Source: an uncultured Bdellovibrionales bacterium
GTDB lineage: Bacteria > Bdellovibrionota > Bdellovibrionia > Bdellovibrionales > JAMPXM01
Length of the DNA stretch: 64,000 bases
Assembly: GCA_937927435.1 (NCBI GenBank)
Contig: CALBDW010000092.1
Coordinates: 7 to 64,006 of the forward strand
Direction: 5' to 3'
Shown here piece by piece: positions 9,774-19,383 of this stretch. The position numbers and the translations under genes were made by a program. Each line of letters opens with the position of its first letter. The first letter of the stretch is position 1. The notes beneath the pieces are model-generated. The model searched no databases. It saw only the letters and a list, made by a program, of their open reading frames with translations, and had not been told where the DNA came from.

Positions 9774-11231
9774 ATGCTATTTTCTCGAGGATTCTTCTGT
9801 TTGCTGGCTTTGTCGATCGCGTTTCTTCTGGCTGGCTGCGCGACAGTTCAGGATTTCGGTGGGCATCGGGTGCTTGTTCGCGTCACGTCCGATCCTCCAG
9901 GGGCGCCGATTCTGGTTCAGGGAACGCAGGAAGGCCGCACGCCTGCGTATGTGGAAGTGCGGCGGGCTTCATCAAACTCAATTTCTTTACTAACAGCCGA
10001 TGGTCCAAAGGATGTCCAGATCGATTCGAAGTATCGTTGGAGTACGAGCTTTTTTGGTAACCTCGTTTTTCTGACTTACGCGCCGATCGGATGGATTGTC
10101 GATTTGATTTCTGGGGCGGCATGGGATCCGGAAGATCCTCCAACGGTTTTGGTACGGCTGACGCCTGAAGAGATCCAAGCGGCGAAAGCGGAGGATAGGG
10201 GCCGGATGGCCGTCATCGCGCCTCCTCAGGCTGCGACCTTACCGGTTTCGGATGCGGCGGGAGAGGCTCTTGAGGAGTATTTGAAAAGGGAGCAAGTTCC
10301 GATTGAGTCTTTTCGGTCGACTCTTCCCAGTTTTATTTCAAACGGATACGACTTCGATGGGCGGCCCGACGAGCAAAAATTGCGTTCGATCTATCGCTTA
10401 ATCGGGGCAACCCACGTTTATGAATCCACTGTTGATCAAATGGGTGACCAGTGGCGGGTGCGGGCGACCCCGGTTGAGGTCAGAAGTGGAATAAATGGAG
10501 AGCCTGTCGAAGTCACGTTTAAAGCTGACAACAGCTATTTCGAAACGCTCGCGAGCCTTGGCTGGTGGTCGCGTGTATTTCCGAACGCCATTGGTTTCGA
10601 GTTTGCGAATGAATATTTGGCATTCACTGAGAGAGATACGCACGGAAATGAAAAAACGTACGACTTTTCAGCGGTTGATGGGACGACGTTTTGGGATAAC
10701 GTGGCGCAGATCCTGAGCTCGGTCAGCCTCTCGAATATTCCGCCCCGGCGTGAGGGCAGCTCCGGGCGATGGCGGCTGCAATTCGTTCCGTCTTTTTACT
10801 TCTCAAGAAAGAAATTCCGTCTGAGCGGTGAGGATCTTGATCCGTCGATCCGAGTGGTTTACCAGAGAACGCTACTCGGCGGAGGCTATGGACCGGAAGT
10901 CGGTTGGCAAAAGAGCCGCCATTACATTTATCTGAACTTGATTCCCGTCTTTACGTGGACGGAGATTAAGTGGCCAAGTGGCCCCGGAGAACGCTCCGAG
11001 ACCGCCACGAGCCTCACGTACCAGTCGGAGCTGGGGTACTCGTTTCAGTTCACGGACGAGTGGTCCATCAGTGTATTCAGTACGACGATCACGGAAAATG
11101 AGAGTCTTTGGCGAAAGGTTTTGCCTTCACAAGTTCAGGATGCGCAAGTATTGCGATCGGGTATGAACTTGTCGATCGTCGGGCTTTCGGTGGCCTATCG
11201 CTGGGAACCTCCGTTGACATGGCGTCGGTGA
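9774..11231 (+). CDS. PEGA-domain lipoprotein, function unknown
   Basis: Signal peptide with lipobox LLAGC. PEGA-like segment VRVTSDPPGAPILVQGTQEGRTPAYV. 485 aa. Confidence 0.6.
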   Translation: MLFSRGFFCLLALSIAFLLAGCATVQDFGGHRVLVRVTSDPPGAPILVQGTQEGRTPAYVEVRRASSNSISLLTADGPKDVQIDSKYRWSTSFFGNLVFLTYAPIGWIVDLISGAAWDPEDPPTVLVRLTPEEIQAAKAEDRGRMAVIAPPQAATLPVSDAAGEALEEYLKREQVPIESFRSTLPSFISNGYDFDGRPDEQKLRSIYRLIGATHVYESTVDQMGDQWRVRATPVEVRSGINGEPVEVTFKADNSYFETLASLGWWSRVFPNAIGFEFANEYLAFTERDTHGNEKTYDFSAVDGTTFWDNVAQILSSVSLSNIPPRREGSSGRWRLQFVPSFYFSRKKFRLSGEDLDPSIRVVYQRTLLGGGYGPEVGWQKSRHYIYLNLIPVFTWTEIKWPSGPGERSETATSLTYQSELGYSFQFTDEWSISVFSTTITENESLWRKVLPSQVQDAQVLRSGMNLSIVGLSVAYRWEPPLTWRR

Positions 11232-11248
11232 TAGGAATGGGAGGAGGA

Positions 11249-12729
11249 ATGCAGAGAAAGAAGGGGTATCTTCCGCAGTTTCTTCGCGAGCCTCAGTTTT
11301 TAGCGACCTTTTTGATTGCGATCGCGTTGGTCGCGGTGAAGAAATGGGAGCCCGGGGACAACCTGGATGCAATTTGGTATTCCGCCGTCTCCAAAAACGT
11401 GTATGAGACGGGAGACTTCCATCACTTTTTTATTTCACGCCATTGGGGAACGACTGTTGCGAATCACATGCCCCTAACATACTGGATCACCGGCGCCGTT
11501 TTCATGTTGTTTGGGCCCTCGGATTTCGTGGTGCGTCTTTATCCCATGATTTGTGGGATCCTCAGTTATCTTTTTGTTTATCTCATCGGGCGTGAAATAA
11601 AAGGGCAGCACTTTGGACTTTGCTCGGTTTTGGCTCTAGTACTTGCTTATGGCTATTCGAAGTGGAACGGCTCGCTCATGCAGGATGTTCCTCTGGTCAC
11701 CTACCTCCTGGGGGCATCATACTTTTTCCTCCGTGGGCTGCGAAAGCCGATCATGTTTCTGGCCGCGGGGCCTTTTTCGTGGCGGGAGTGATGACGAAGG
11801 GGCCGATCATCGGTGCTATTCCGCTGGCGATCTTCATTTGGAGTTTAATGCAGAAGAATTTTTCTTATCTTAAGAATCCCGCATTTTATGGCGGAGTGTT
11901 ACTGGCTTTGGCGCTTTTCAGTGTCTTCCTGCTTCCGGTATTTCATATTGATGGGCGCGATCCGTTCACGTTCTTCTATTATGCCAAGAAAGGGTATGCC
12001 GAGAGCGCAAGCGAGAACTTTTGGCGTTACTTCGCCTACGTGGAAGTCCTTTGGACCAATGCGGCTCCGCTTTTCCTACTCTCGCTCTATGCTTTCTGGG
12101 GTGTTGTCGGTTCCTGGTTTGAGCTTTCTTCGGAAGAGCGGGCAAAGCTTCGGCTATGCGGCATGATCGCATTGTGCGTAGTCATTCCGCTTTCGTTTTT
12201 CCGCATCAAGTTTCCGCACTATATGTTGCCGGCTTATCCATTTATGGCTTTGGTGGCGGCGATGCCGTTATCGCAGTGGCTTAAGGGGGTTGAGGACCGG
12301 CTTCCTGTTTGGCTTCAGCGTCTTGCCGTAGCTGCCGTTTTTGTTCTTGCGTGCTTTCCCATTCTGACGTCCGGTGGCCGTAGTAAAGAGGTCTTAAATA
12401 TCGTGAACGTGATTAAGCTCGATCCGGCCATTCGTGAAAAACGGGTGGTGTTTTTGGGCGGCTATGAGGATGACATGGCGATCTTCCAGTCGTTCAAATG
12501 GTACGGATCGATTGATCTCGCGCAAATCGCCCGCGACGAGTTGGTGGACCTGAATTTAAAGCAAGGCTATCTCGTGGTGAAAAGAGCTGATCTTCCGGTC
12601 ATCGTGAACGGAGAAGTGCATGGCGACGGCGACTGTTTTCTTCGGAACTGGTTCTATTGCGTGTTGACAGATCGTTCAGCTGTGACGCTTGAGCTTCCGA
12701 AGATGGAGCATCCACACCAAGTGTACTGA
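11249..12729 (+). pseudogene. ArnT/PMT-like (GT39/GT83-type) membrane glycosyltransferase, frameshifted
   Basis: The start at 11249 has RBS GGAGGAGG. The N-terminal frame ends ..IMFLAAGPFSWRE* and the second frame continues GAFFVAGVMTKGPIIGAIP... Adding one G to the G4 run at 11767-11770 restores ..LAAGAFFVAGVMTKGP. Contains HMPLTYW and TKGP motifs and many TM segments. Confidence 0.55.
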
Positions 12730-12794
12730 TCGTGTGGCGAAGAAACGAACGGAGTGGCATGACAGCAAGTTCAGTGGGAACTCGAGGACAAGGG

Positions 12795-13952
12795 ATGGAG
12801 TGGCCGCGTGAATGGCGCGAGTTGAAGAGGGTCGTCTGGATTCGAACGGGGGCGCTCGGCGATCTCTTTGTAGGTTTAGCGGCTTTGGCGGAAATGGCCA
12901 ATGCGTTCCCGCAAGCGCGCGTGACGGTAGTCGGGCCGCGACTTTGGCTTAGCGCGATTTCGCCGCTGGCGTTTCCGTTTGTCGAGAAGATCGCGGCAGT
13001 CGAAAGGCGTGGGCATCAAGCGGCGATTTTCGTTGCGCAAGGGTTCGAATGGGTACCGACGGGCGAGTCTTTGTCGGTCACCGAGGTTCTCTCACGCTGC
13101 GACGGTGTCGTGAATCTCAATATCGACTCTTATCGCTACGGGTTTTCGGCTTTGCGGGCGAGAGTCCCGGTTCGAGTGGGTTCGGCGCCCAATCCTATGT
13201 CGGTCCTGCTTTATACGCACTCTTCCCCGTTTTTCGGGAAAGATCCCCTGATTCATGAACGGGATGCGGCTCTTTCTGTTCTTGAATATGCGACGAGCGA
13301 CTGGCGGCGGCTCATTTGGTCGGTTGCGGGTAACCGCCGTAGGCTCCCCGAGCTTATTTCTTCGAGCCGCTTGATTGAGAAATGGCGGAAGGTGGGGCTC
13401 CCTCCCGTGAAGACAGCGGATCCTCTACGGGCGGCTGAGGTGACCGGTTGTGACGCGGGAAAGTATTTTCTGGTGAATCCGACATCGAGTCGCAAGACCA
13501 ATACCTGGCCTGTGGAAAAATTCCGCAAGTTTCTTTCAGCCACAAAAGAGGATTTTGCGGGCTTGGGGCTGGAACCCATTGTGATCGGCGCTCCCCATGA
13601 GACGGAATGGCTAAACCAAATTGCGCTTGGGCAGTTTAAGATCGTGCAAACAAAGAGTCTTCAAGATCTCGCCGATGTGGTCGCTTGCGCCCGTGCGCTT
13701 TTGACCAACACGAGTTCGATGCAGTTTTTGGCGGCCTCGATGGGAACGCCGACGGTCACATTGATGGGACGGGCTCGTCCGGAAATTTGGGGACCGATTG
13801 GACCAAGGGACCGGATTGTACGGGGAACACCGCCGCCGGAACTTGCGCACGATATCTTCCGTCAAGAAGAAGAGGCTTATCGTTCTATTCCGGTTGCGAG
13901 AGTGGTCACTGAAGTCCTCTCCTTGTTGTCTGAGACAAAGAATCCGGCCTAA
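12795..13952 (+). CDS. glycosyltransferase family 9 (heptosyltransferase-like)
   Basis: RVVWIRTGALGDLFVGLAALAEM N-terminal GT9 signature and C-terminal TNTSSMQFLAASMGTPTVTLMG. Start uncertain (12732, 12759 or 12795). Confidence 0.7.
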   Translation: MEWPREWRELKRVVWIRTGALGDLFVGLAALAEMANAFPQARVTVVGPRLWLSAISPLAFPFVEKIAAVERRGHQAAIFVAQGFEWVPTGESLSVTEVLSRCDGVVNLNIDSYRYGFSALRARVPVRVGSAPNPMSVLLYTHSSPFFGKDPLIHERDAALSVLEYATSDWRRLIWSVAGNRRRLPELISSSRLIEKWRKVGLPPVKTADPLRAAEVTGCDAGKYFLVNPTSSRKTNTWPVEKFRKFLSATKEDFAGLGLEPIVIGAPHETEWLNQIALGQFKIVQTKSLQDLADVVACARALLTNTSSMQFLAASMGTPTVTLMGRARPEIWGPIGPRDRIVRGTPPPELAHDIFRQEEEAYRSIPVARVVTEVLSLLSETKNPA

Positions 13953-14036
13953 TCGGCGGGCTTAATGCATGGACCAAGGGCAGACTTTTTCAGGGATTCC
14001 ATGGCAATCGGTCGGTCTTCCTGATTCAATAAGGAT

Positions 14037-14993
14037 ATGCGCGGTTTTCAGCGGATACTTTTGGAGCTCAAGGATATCGTCCGGCGCCATCAGCCGGGTG
14101 ACGAGCTTGAACCTCCACGCTCTCTTTTATCACTGAATGTTTTCGGTCGTCGGATGACATATCTTGCGGCCGGACTTGAGAACGGCAACTCGCGTCCGCC
14201 GATTGTTTTCATTCACGGTTTCGGCGGTTTTTTCATGGACTGGCCGCGCATCATGGCGCCGCTGTCCCGGTACACGAGAGTGTACGCCCTTGATTTACCC
14301 GGCTGGGGATTTTCGGAACGGAACCCCAATGCTCGCGCGATTGAAGATGACGCGACGGCTGTGGATGAGTTCATGCGCATTTTGGACTTAAAAGACGCGA
14401 TTATCTGCGGACTGTCTTACGGCGCGGGGGTGGCGTGGGCTCTTGCGGCGGAAAACCCATCGAAGTTGAGACAGCTTGTATTGCTCAATCCCATGCCGCC
14501 GCATCCGATCCGTTACATGACTTCGCCCATTTACCGCGGAATCTTTTTTCTCAACTCCTTTGAGCGCGTGGGTGAGTGGGGGCATCGACTTTTAACGAAA
14601 TCGCAATACAAGGTGATTTGTAGAGAGAATCTGCTCAATCATCGCTTGCTCGACTCGTTTTATTTGGATCTCGCCTACTTGATCATCAAGCAACCCAAAA
14701 TCCGTTCGCTGCTCAGGGGACACGCACGCGGCGCCCGTGATACGGATTGGAATGCGTGGGAACGTCGTTTGGAAGAGATCCGCGTTCCTGTGAGCATTTT
14801 ACAGGGGAGACAAGACCGCATCTTCTCTCTCGAAGGCGCCGGATTCCTCCATCGCTTGATGCCGAATTCTCAGCTTGTTGAGGTCGAAAAGTGCGGTCAT
14901 GCGATCGTGTTTGACCAGCACCGGCGAGTTTCGGAGCACTTGATCAAGCTTCTCAACGTTGAGAAGGCCGACGTGGTGTCGGCCCTCAATTAA
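14037..14993 (+). CDS. alpha/beta-fold hydrolase
   Basis: PIVFIHGFGGFFMDW, nucleophile elbow GLSYG (GxSxG) and C-terminal CGHAIVFDQ (catalytic His region). Confidence 0.75.
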   Translation: MRGFQRILLELKDIVRRHQPGDELEPPRSLLSLNVFGRRMTYLAAGLENGNSRPPIVFIHGFGGFFMDWPRIMAPLSRYTRVYALDLPGWGFSERNPNARAIEDDATAVDEFMRILDLKDAIICGLSYGAGVAWALAAENPSKLRQLVLLNPMPPHPIRYMTSPIYRGIFFLNSFERVGEWGHRLLTKSQYKVICRENLLNHRLLDSFYLDLAYLIIKQPKIRSLLRGHARGARDTDWNAWERRLEEIRVPVSILQGRQDRIFSLEGAGFLHRLMPNSQLVEVEKCGHAIVFDQHRRVSEHLIKLLNVEKADVVSALN

Positions 14994-15397
14994 TCCTCGT
15001 AGATGAAACGGATCGGCGTCTCGATATCGGGATGAAGGCTGCGCTTTACAGGGCAAGTTTCGGCGGCCGCTTCGAGGCGCTTGCGGTCGGTTTCCGAAAG
15101 TCCTTTGGGCATGAAGATTTCGACCCGAAGACGCGCGATCCGGCGCGGATTCGCTTGCATTTCTTTGACCACACGGACTTTTGCGCCACGTAAATCAATC
15201 CCGTCTCGTTCGGCCATGATCGCCATCGTGGTGAGAATGCAGCTACCGAGCGAAGCGCCCATTAAATCCGTCGGCGAAAAACGTTCCCCGCGGCCTTGGT
15301 TGTCACGAGGGGCGTCAGTTTCAATTTTGGAGCCCGACGGCCCGTGGACGAGTTCGCAGTGTTTTTCTCCCAGGTAGACGGCGTTCATTTCAACCAT
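14990..15397 (-). CDS. OsmC/Ohr-family protein
   Basis: 135 aa. Two conserved Cys contexts (GASLGSCILT and AAAETCPVKRSL), typical of the OsmC family. Confidence 0.75.
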   Translation of the reverse strand: MVEMNAVYLGEKHCELVHGPSGSKIETDAPRDNQGRGERFSPTDLMGASLGSCILTTMAIMAERDGIDLRGAKVRVVKEMQANPRRIARLRVEIFMPKGLSETDRKRLEAAAETCPVKRSLHPDIETPIRFIYED

Positions 15398-15486
15398 AGT
15401 GACTCCTTTGGAATACGACGCATTTTATACGGTTTTAAATTGCCTTCAACCGGGCTGTGTCACAGAATTTCGGGCATCGAGGAGGA

Positions 15487-16095
15487 ATGATGATGTTGAG
15501 AAGCTTTTTCTCTCGTTTTGGCTTTTTGGCGCTCGCTCTCTGCGGGGCAATGGCTTTGAGCGGATGCGGGATTCAAGAAATTCCTCGTGCAAAAAACGAC
15601 GTGGAAGCGGCCTTGGCAGAGGTGACAAACCAATACAAACGCCGGGCTGACTTGATTCCGAACTTGGTTGAAACCGTCAAAGGCTATGCGAAGCACGAGC
15701 AAGAGACGCTTGAGGGCGTCATGGCCGCCCGTGCGAAGGCGACGAGCATCAATCTCGATCCGGCGAAAGCAACACCAGACCAGATCCGCGCTTATGCCGA
15801 CGCGCAAGGTGAACTTTCCCGGGCGCTCGGCCGCTTGCTTGCAGTTTCCGAAAACTATCCGAATTTGAAAGCTAATGAAGGTTTCCGAGATCTGCAGGCG
15901 CAGCTGGAGGGAACGGAAAACCGGATTACGGTCGCGCGTAACCGCTACATCGAATCAATCCGGAGCTTTAATAATCTGGTCACGGTCTTTCCGACGAATA
16001 TCACCAATATGATTTTCTTCCACTATGAAAAGATGCCGCAATGGGGAGAAGAGGTGACGGAAGAGGAAAGAAAAGCGCCGAAAGTTCAGTTCTAA
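15487..16095 (+). CDS. LemA-family lipoprotein
   Basis: RBS GAGGAGG before ATGATGATG. Lipobox ALSGC. LemA core ..YKRRADLIPNLVETVKGYAKHEQETL..NRYIESIRSFNNLVTVFPTNI. Confidence 0.85.
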   Translation: MMMLRSFFSRFGFLALALCGAMALSGCGIQEIPRAKNDVEAALAEVTNQYKRRADLIPNLVETVKGYAKHEQETLEGVMAARAKATSINLDPAKATPDQIRAYADAQGELSRALGRLLAVSENYPNLKANEGFRDLQAQLEGTENRITVARNRYIESIRSFNNLVTVFPTNITNMIFFHYEKMPQWGEEVTEEERKAPKVQF

Positions 16096-16107
16096 CGAGT
16101 CCGGTTT

Positions 16108-16905
16108 ATGAAGAAGACGTTCGCGATCGTTCTCGCCGTTCTTTTTGTTGCGACGAGCGCCTGGGCCGAGTTTAAAGTTCCCCAGCTGACGGGCCCCGTG
16201 GTGGACCAGGCGGGAATTTTGAGCCGCCGCACGGAACGGGTATTGGAGTCCGCGCTTCGCGCACTCAAGGACAAAAGCGGAACTCAAATCACGGTTTTGA
16301 CCGTTCCGTCTCTTGAGGGGCTTTCGATCGAAGAGGCGAGCATTAAGGTCGTCGACAAATGGCAACTTGGAAAGCGCGGTGAGGATCGCGGAGTCTTGTT
16401 CATGGTCGCGCCTCAAGAACGCCGCGTCCGAATTGAAGTCGGGCGAGGTCTCGAGGGCGATCTCACCGACGTCGACAGCAAGCGGATTATTGAAGAGAGT
16501 GTACTGCCGCTTTTCCGCGCGGGCGATTACGATAGCGGTGTCATCGTCGGCGTTTTTCAGATCGCGAAGAAAACCGATCCCGAGGTGGATCTTACGCCTT
16601 ACCTTGAAGGGAAGAAACGCCGAGTTCCCACAACAAGCGACCCCACTGATGACGATGACGACGATATTTCGACTCTCGTTTGGTTCGTCATTCTTTTTAT
16701 TGCTTATGTCGTCCTTGTGCGCGGGCCAGGTCGTCGCAAATTTTATCGTCTTGGCAAAACGATGGGACGGTGGCCTGACGACTTCGGCGGTCCTTGGGGC
16801 GGCGGTGGTTTCGGAGGTGGTTTTGGTGGCGGCGGCTCCGGCGGCGGTCGTTGGGGCGGTGGCGGAGGCGGCTTCGCTGGCGGCGGTGCTTCTGGAGGTT
16901 GGTGA
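16108..16905 (+). CDS. TPM-domain protein (YgcG-like) with TM segment and Gly-rich tail
   Basis: Signal peptide, TPM core VVDQAGILS...TQITVLTV...RGVLFMVAPQERRVRIEVGRGLEG, acidic run DDDDDD, a TM segment, and a C-terminal GGGFGGGFGGGGSGGG tail. Confidence 0.8.
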   Translation: MKKTFAIVLAVLFVATSAWAEFKVPQLTGPVVDQAGILSRRTERVLESALRALKDKSGTQITVLTVPSLEGLSIEEASIKVVDKWQLGKRGEDRGVLFMVAPQERRVRIEVGRGLEGDLTDVDSKRIIEESVLPLFRAGDYDSGVIVGVFQIAKKTDPEVDLTPYLEGKKRRVPTTSDPTDDDDDDISTLVWFVILFIAYVVLVRGPGRRKFYRLGKTMGRWPDDFGGPWGGGGFGGGFGGGGSGGGRWGGGGGGFAGGGASGGW

Positions 16906-17564
16906 TGTCGGAAATTCCCGCGTGGGCGCAGACAATTCTAAAGCCTGAGGATTTCGAACGTATCACCGAGGCTGTGCGCCAGGCCGAGCAAAAGACGAGC
17001 GCTGAAATCGTACCGATGATCGTAAGAAGCTCGACGCCGACCGGTCATGTCCCTTGGCTTGTCTTCTTCATCCTTCTCAGCGTGTTCTGGGCTTTCTTGC
17101 CTTTTGTGTTCGGCTTACTTCCATATGGCGAAGCCTGGATGTGGGAGATAGGAGCACTGGTTTTGGCGGTCATTCTGTCCCGGCTCCTTTCGAGGTTGAA
17201 TTTTGTCGCGCGCTTTCTGACCTCGGCTGACGACGAAGTCACGTGTGTCGACCGCCGTGCGCTTTTGGAATTTCATCTTTCGCGGATCACGGCGACGCGT
17301 GAAGGAACCGGCGTCTTGCTCTTTGTATCGTGGCTCGAGCACCGTGCGGTCGTCATTGCGGATCACAAAATCGCGGAGAAACTGTCAGGCGAAACGTGGG
17401 AGCATATTTTGGTGGATTTGGTGGCCGTGATCAAAAAAGGTGATTTAGCAGGCGGTCTGTGCGCCGCGATCTCCGAACTCGGTAACGCGCTTGCCTCCGA
17501 CTTCCCTCATTACGAGGGCGACCATCAAAACGAACTCGAAGACCGCTTGATCTTGAAAGATTGA
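16905..17564 (+). CDS. TPM-domain (DUF477-like) membrane protein
   Basis: The ATG at 16905 overlaps the upstream stop (GTGATG). Sequence FERITEAVRQAEQKTSAEIVPMIV then TM segments then GVLLFVSWLEHRAVVIADHKI. Confidence 0.7.
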   Translation: MSEIPAWAQTILKPEDFERITEAVRQAEQKTSAEIVPMIVRSSTPTGHVPWLVFFILLSVFWAFLPFVFGLLPYGEAWMWEIGALVLAVILSRLLSRLNFVARFLTSADDEVTCVDRRALLEFHLSRITATREGTGVLLFVSWLEHRAVVIADHKIAEKLSGETWEHILVDLVAVIKKGDLAGGLCAAISELGNALASDFPHYEGDHQNELEDRLILKD

Positions 17565-17573
17565 GTGCCCGGT

Positions 17574-17903
17574 TTAAATACCGAACGAAGAGCCGCAGCC
17601 GCAGGTTTTCGAAGCGTTGGGGTTCGAGAAGACAAAGCCCTTGCCGTTCAGCCCCCCTTCGTAATCGAGGGTCATGCCAGCGATATACAGCAGGCTTTTC
17701 GAATCGACGACCACTTTGGTGTCGTTTTGCTCGAAGACTTTGTCTTTTTCGCCGATCGTTTTGTCGAACTCGAGCTTGTAAGAGAGGCCCGAACAACCAC
17801 CGGGCACGACCTTCACACGCAAGAAAGTCGAGCTGTCGCACGTGCTGTCTTCTTCTTTTAAACGATTGATCTGACGAGCCGCGCGCTCGCTGATGGTGAT
17901 CAT
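17574..17903 (-). CDS. IscA/HesB-family iron-sulfur cluster insertion protein
   Basis: 109 aa, ending CGCGSSFGI. Has GGCSGLSY motif. Lies downstream of a cysteine desulfurase gene. Confidence 0.9.
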   Translation of the reverse strand: MITISERAARQINRLKEEDSTCDSSTFLRVKVVPGGCSGLSYKLEFDKTIGEKDKVFEQNDTKVVVDSKSLLYIAGMTLDYEGGLNGKGFVFSNPNASKTCGCGSSFGI

Positions 17904-17934
17904 TCTTTAACTCCTCCGGAAAAACTCGACTTTA

Positions 17935-19128
17935 TTATAGTCGAATTTGTGGATTTTTGCCACCCACATAACCGTTTGAAATTACTTGATCTTTTTGGAT
18001 AAATCGGCGGAGGCATGCGATCAGCTGGTCGACTTCCTCATCGGTGGTGAAGCGGCCCAGGCTAAAGCGCGCGGAAGTGAACAGGGGATCGCTGGAACTC
18101 GCACCCATGGCTTTGAGGACGTGGCTTTCTCCGCCGGCGGAGCAAGCGCTCGCCGTGCTGAAGGCGAAGTCTTTTAGAGCCATGAGGAAGTCATCGGCTC
18201 CCACATGGAAACTTAGGTGAACGTTATTGCACAACCGATCGTTTGGGTGGCCGTTAAGTTCAATGCCTGAACCTGGGAAGACGACAGCCTTGATAATCCG
18301 GTCGCGAAGCGAGGCGAGGCGCCGCGATTCTTCCGGCATTTCATTGAGGGCGATTTCGCTCGCGACGCCGAAGCCAACGATTCCGGGTACGTTGTGGGTT
18401 CCGCCGCGCAGGCCTCGCTCTTGTCCTCCGCCCTTAACGAGAGGGCTTAAGTGGATGTGCTGGCGGTTGATGAAAAGAGCGCCGACGCCCTTGGGGCCGT
18501 ACATCTTGTGAGCCGAAAGAGAAAGAAGATCGATATTCATGGCTTTGACGTCGATCGGATGTTTGCCGACGGTTTGGGCTGCGTCGACGTGAAAGGCGGT
18601 CTCTCCCTGGGATTTGAGCCACGCGCCGATTTCGGCGATCGGGTTGAAGGACCCGACTTCGTTATTGGCGTGCATGAGGCTCACAAGGACCGTATTGGGA
18701 CGGATCGCTGCCTTAAGAGTTTCAAGTTCCACCTGGCCGTAGCGATTGACCGGTAGGATCGTGACTTCATGGCCGAGTTTCTCAGCGCGCGAAAACGCCT
18801 CAAGTGTAGCTTTGTGTTCTGCAGCCGACGTAATGAGATGGCGGCCGGGTTCCTGTCCTTCGACATAGCCGAAAATGGCGAGGTTGATGCTCTCGGTCGC
18901 TCCGCTCGTGAAAACGATTTCGTTCGTGCTCCCACCAATGAGTTTCGCTACTTGCGCTCGTGCTTTTTCGATCGCGCTTTTGGCTTTCCAGCCGTATGCG
19001 TGCTGCGTGCTTTCCGGGTTACCGAAGTTTTCGGTGAAGTAGGGAAGCATCGCCTCAACAACACGTGGGTCCACCGGCGTTGTGGCGCTGTAGTCGAAAT
19101 AGATGGGCTTTTTGAAACTCATTGTCAT
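17935..19128 (-). CDS. cysteine desulfurase (class V aminotransferase, NifS/IscS-like)
   Basis: 397 aa. PIYFDYSATTPVDPRV, PLP-lysine context SLSAHKMYGPKG, and catalytic Cys loop STASACSAGG. Confidence 0.9.
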   Translation of the reverse strand: MTMSFKKPIYFDYSATTPVDPRVVEAMLPYFTENFGNPESTQHAYGWKAKSAIEKARAQVAKLIGGSTNEIVFTSGATESINLAIFGYVEGQEPGRHLITSAAEHKATLEAFSRAEKLGHEVTILPVNRYGQVELETLKAAIRPNTVLVSLMHANNEVGSFNPIAEIGAWLKSQGETAFHVDAAQTVGKHPIDVKAMNIDLLSLSAHKMYGPKGVGALFINRQHIHLSPLVKGGGQERGLRGGTHNVPGIVGFGVASEIALNEMPEESRRLASLRDRIIKAVVFPGSGIELNGHPNDRLCNNVHLSFHVGADDFLMALKDFAFSTASACSAGGESHVLKAMGASSSDPLFTSARFSLGRFTTDEEVDQLIACLRRFIQKDQVISNGYVGGKNPQIRL

Positions 19129-19220
19129 GCCGCAAGGCTAAGCAGATCTCCGATCTTTTGTCGAGCGAAGGTCGTAGGGATGTAACATAAGATTTCTCAA
19201 ATGTGGCATCAAATTGAGAA

Positions 19221-19268
19221 TTACTACTTATAGGGGTCCAGATTTTCTCGCCTCACTAGATATAGTGG
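19221..19268 (+). promoter_or_regulatory. candidate tandem NrdR boxes upstream of nrdJ
   Basis: TCACTAGATATAGTGG (19253-19268) matches the NrdR consensus acaCwAtATaTwGtgt at 13/16 positions. A weaker box, TTACTACTTATAGGGG (19221-19236), matches 10/16. The box centres are 32 bp apart, which is the canonical tandem spacing. Confidence 0.5.
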
Positions 19269-19383
19269 TTATTGGCTTGAAAAACCGGCCCTCTAGTGTT
19301 GAATTTGGATGAGGGCGAATGGTTCGGTTTTTCCAAAGAGCCATTCGTTCCAAGCAGTTGTTCAGCCATGGAAGGGAGCATTG

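Noticed and set aside
19129-19383. Cobalamin riboswitch upstream of the B12-dependent nrdJ, and a preQ1 riboswitch upstream of queF (30599-30625).
   Set aside because: No B12-box-like sequence was recognisable in the nrdJ leader, and B12 riboswitches normally control B12-independent isozymes or transport genes. The queF leader is only 27 nt, too short for a preQ1 aptamer.
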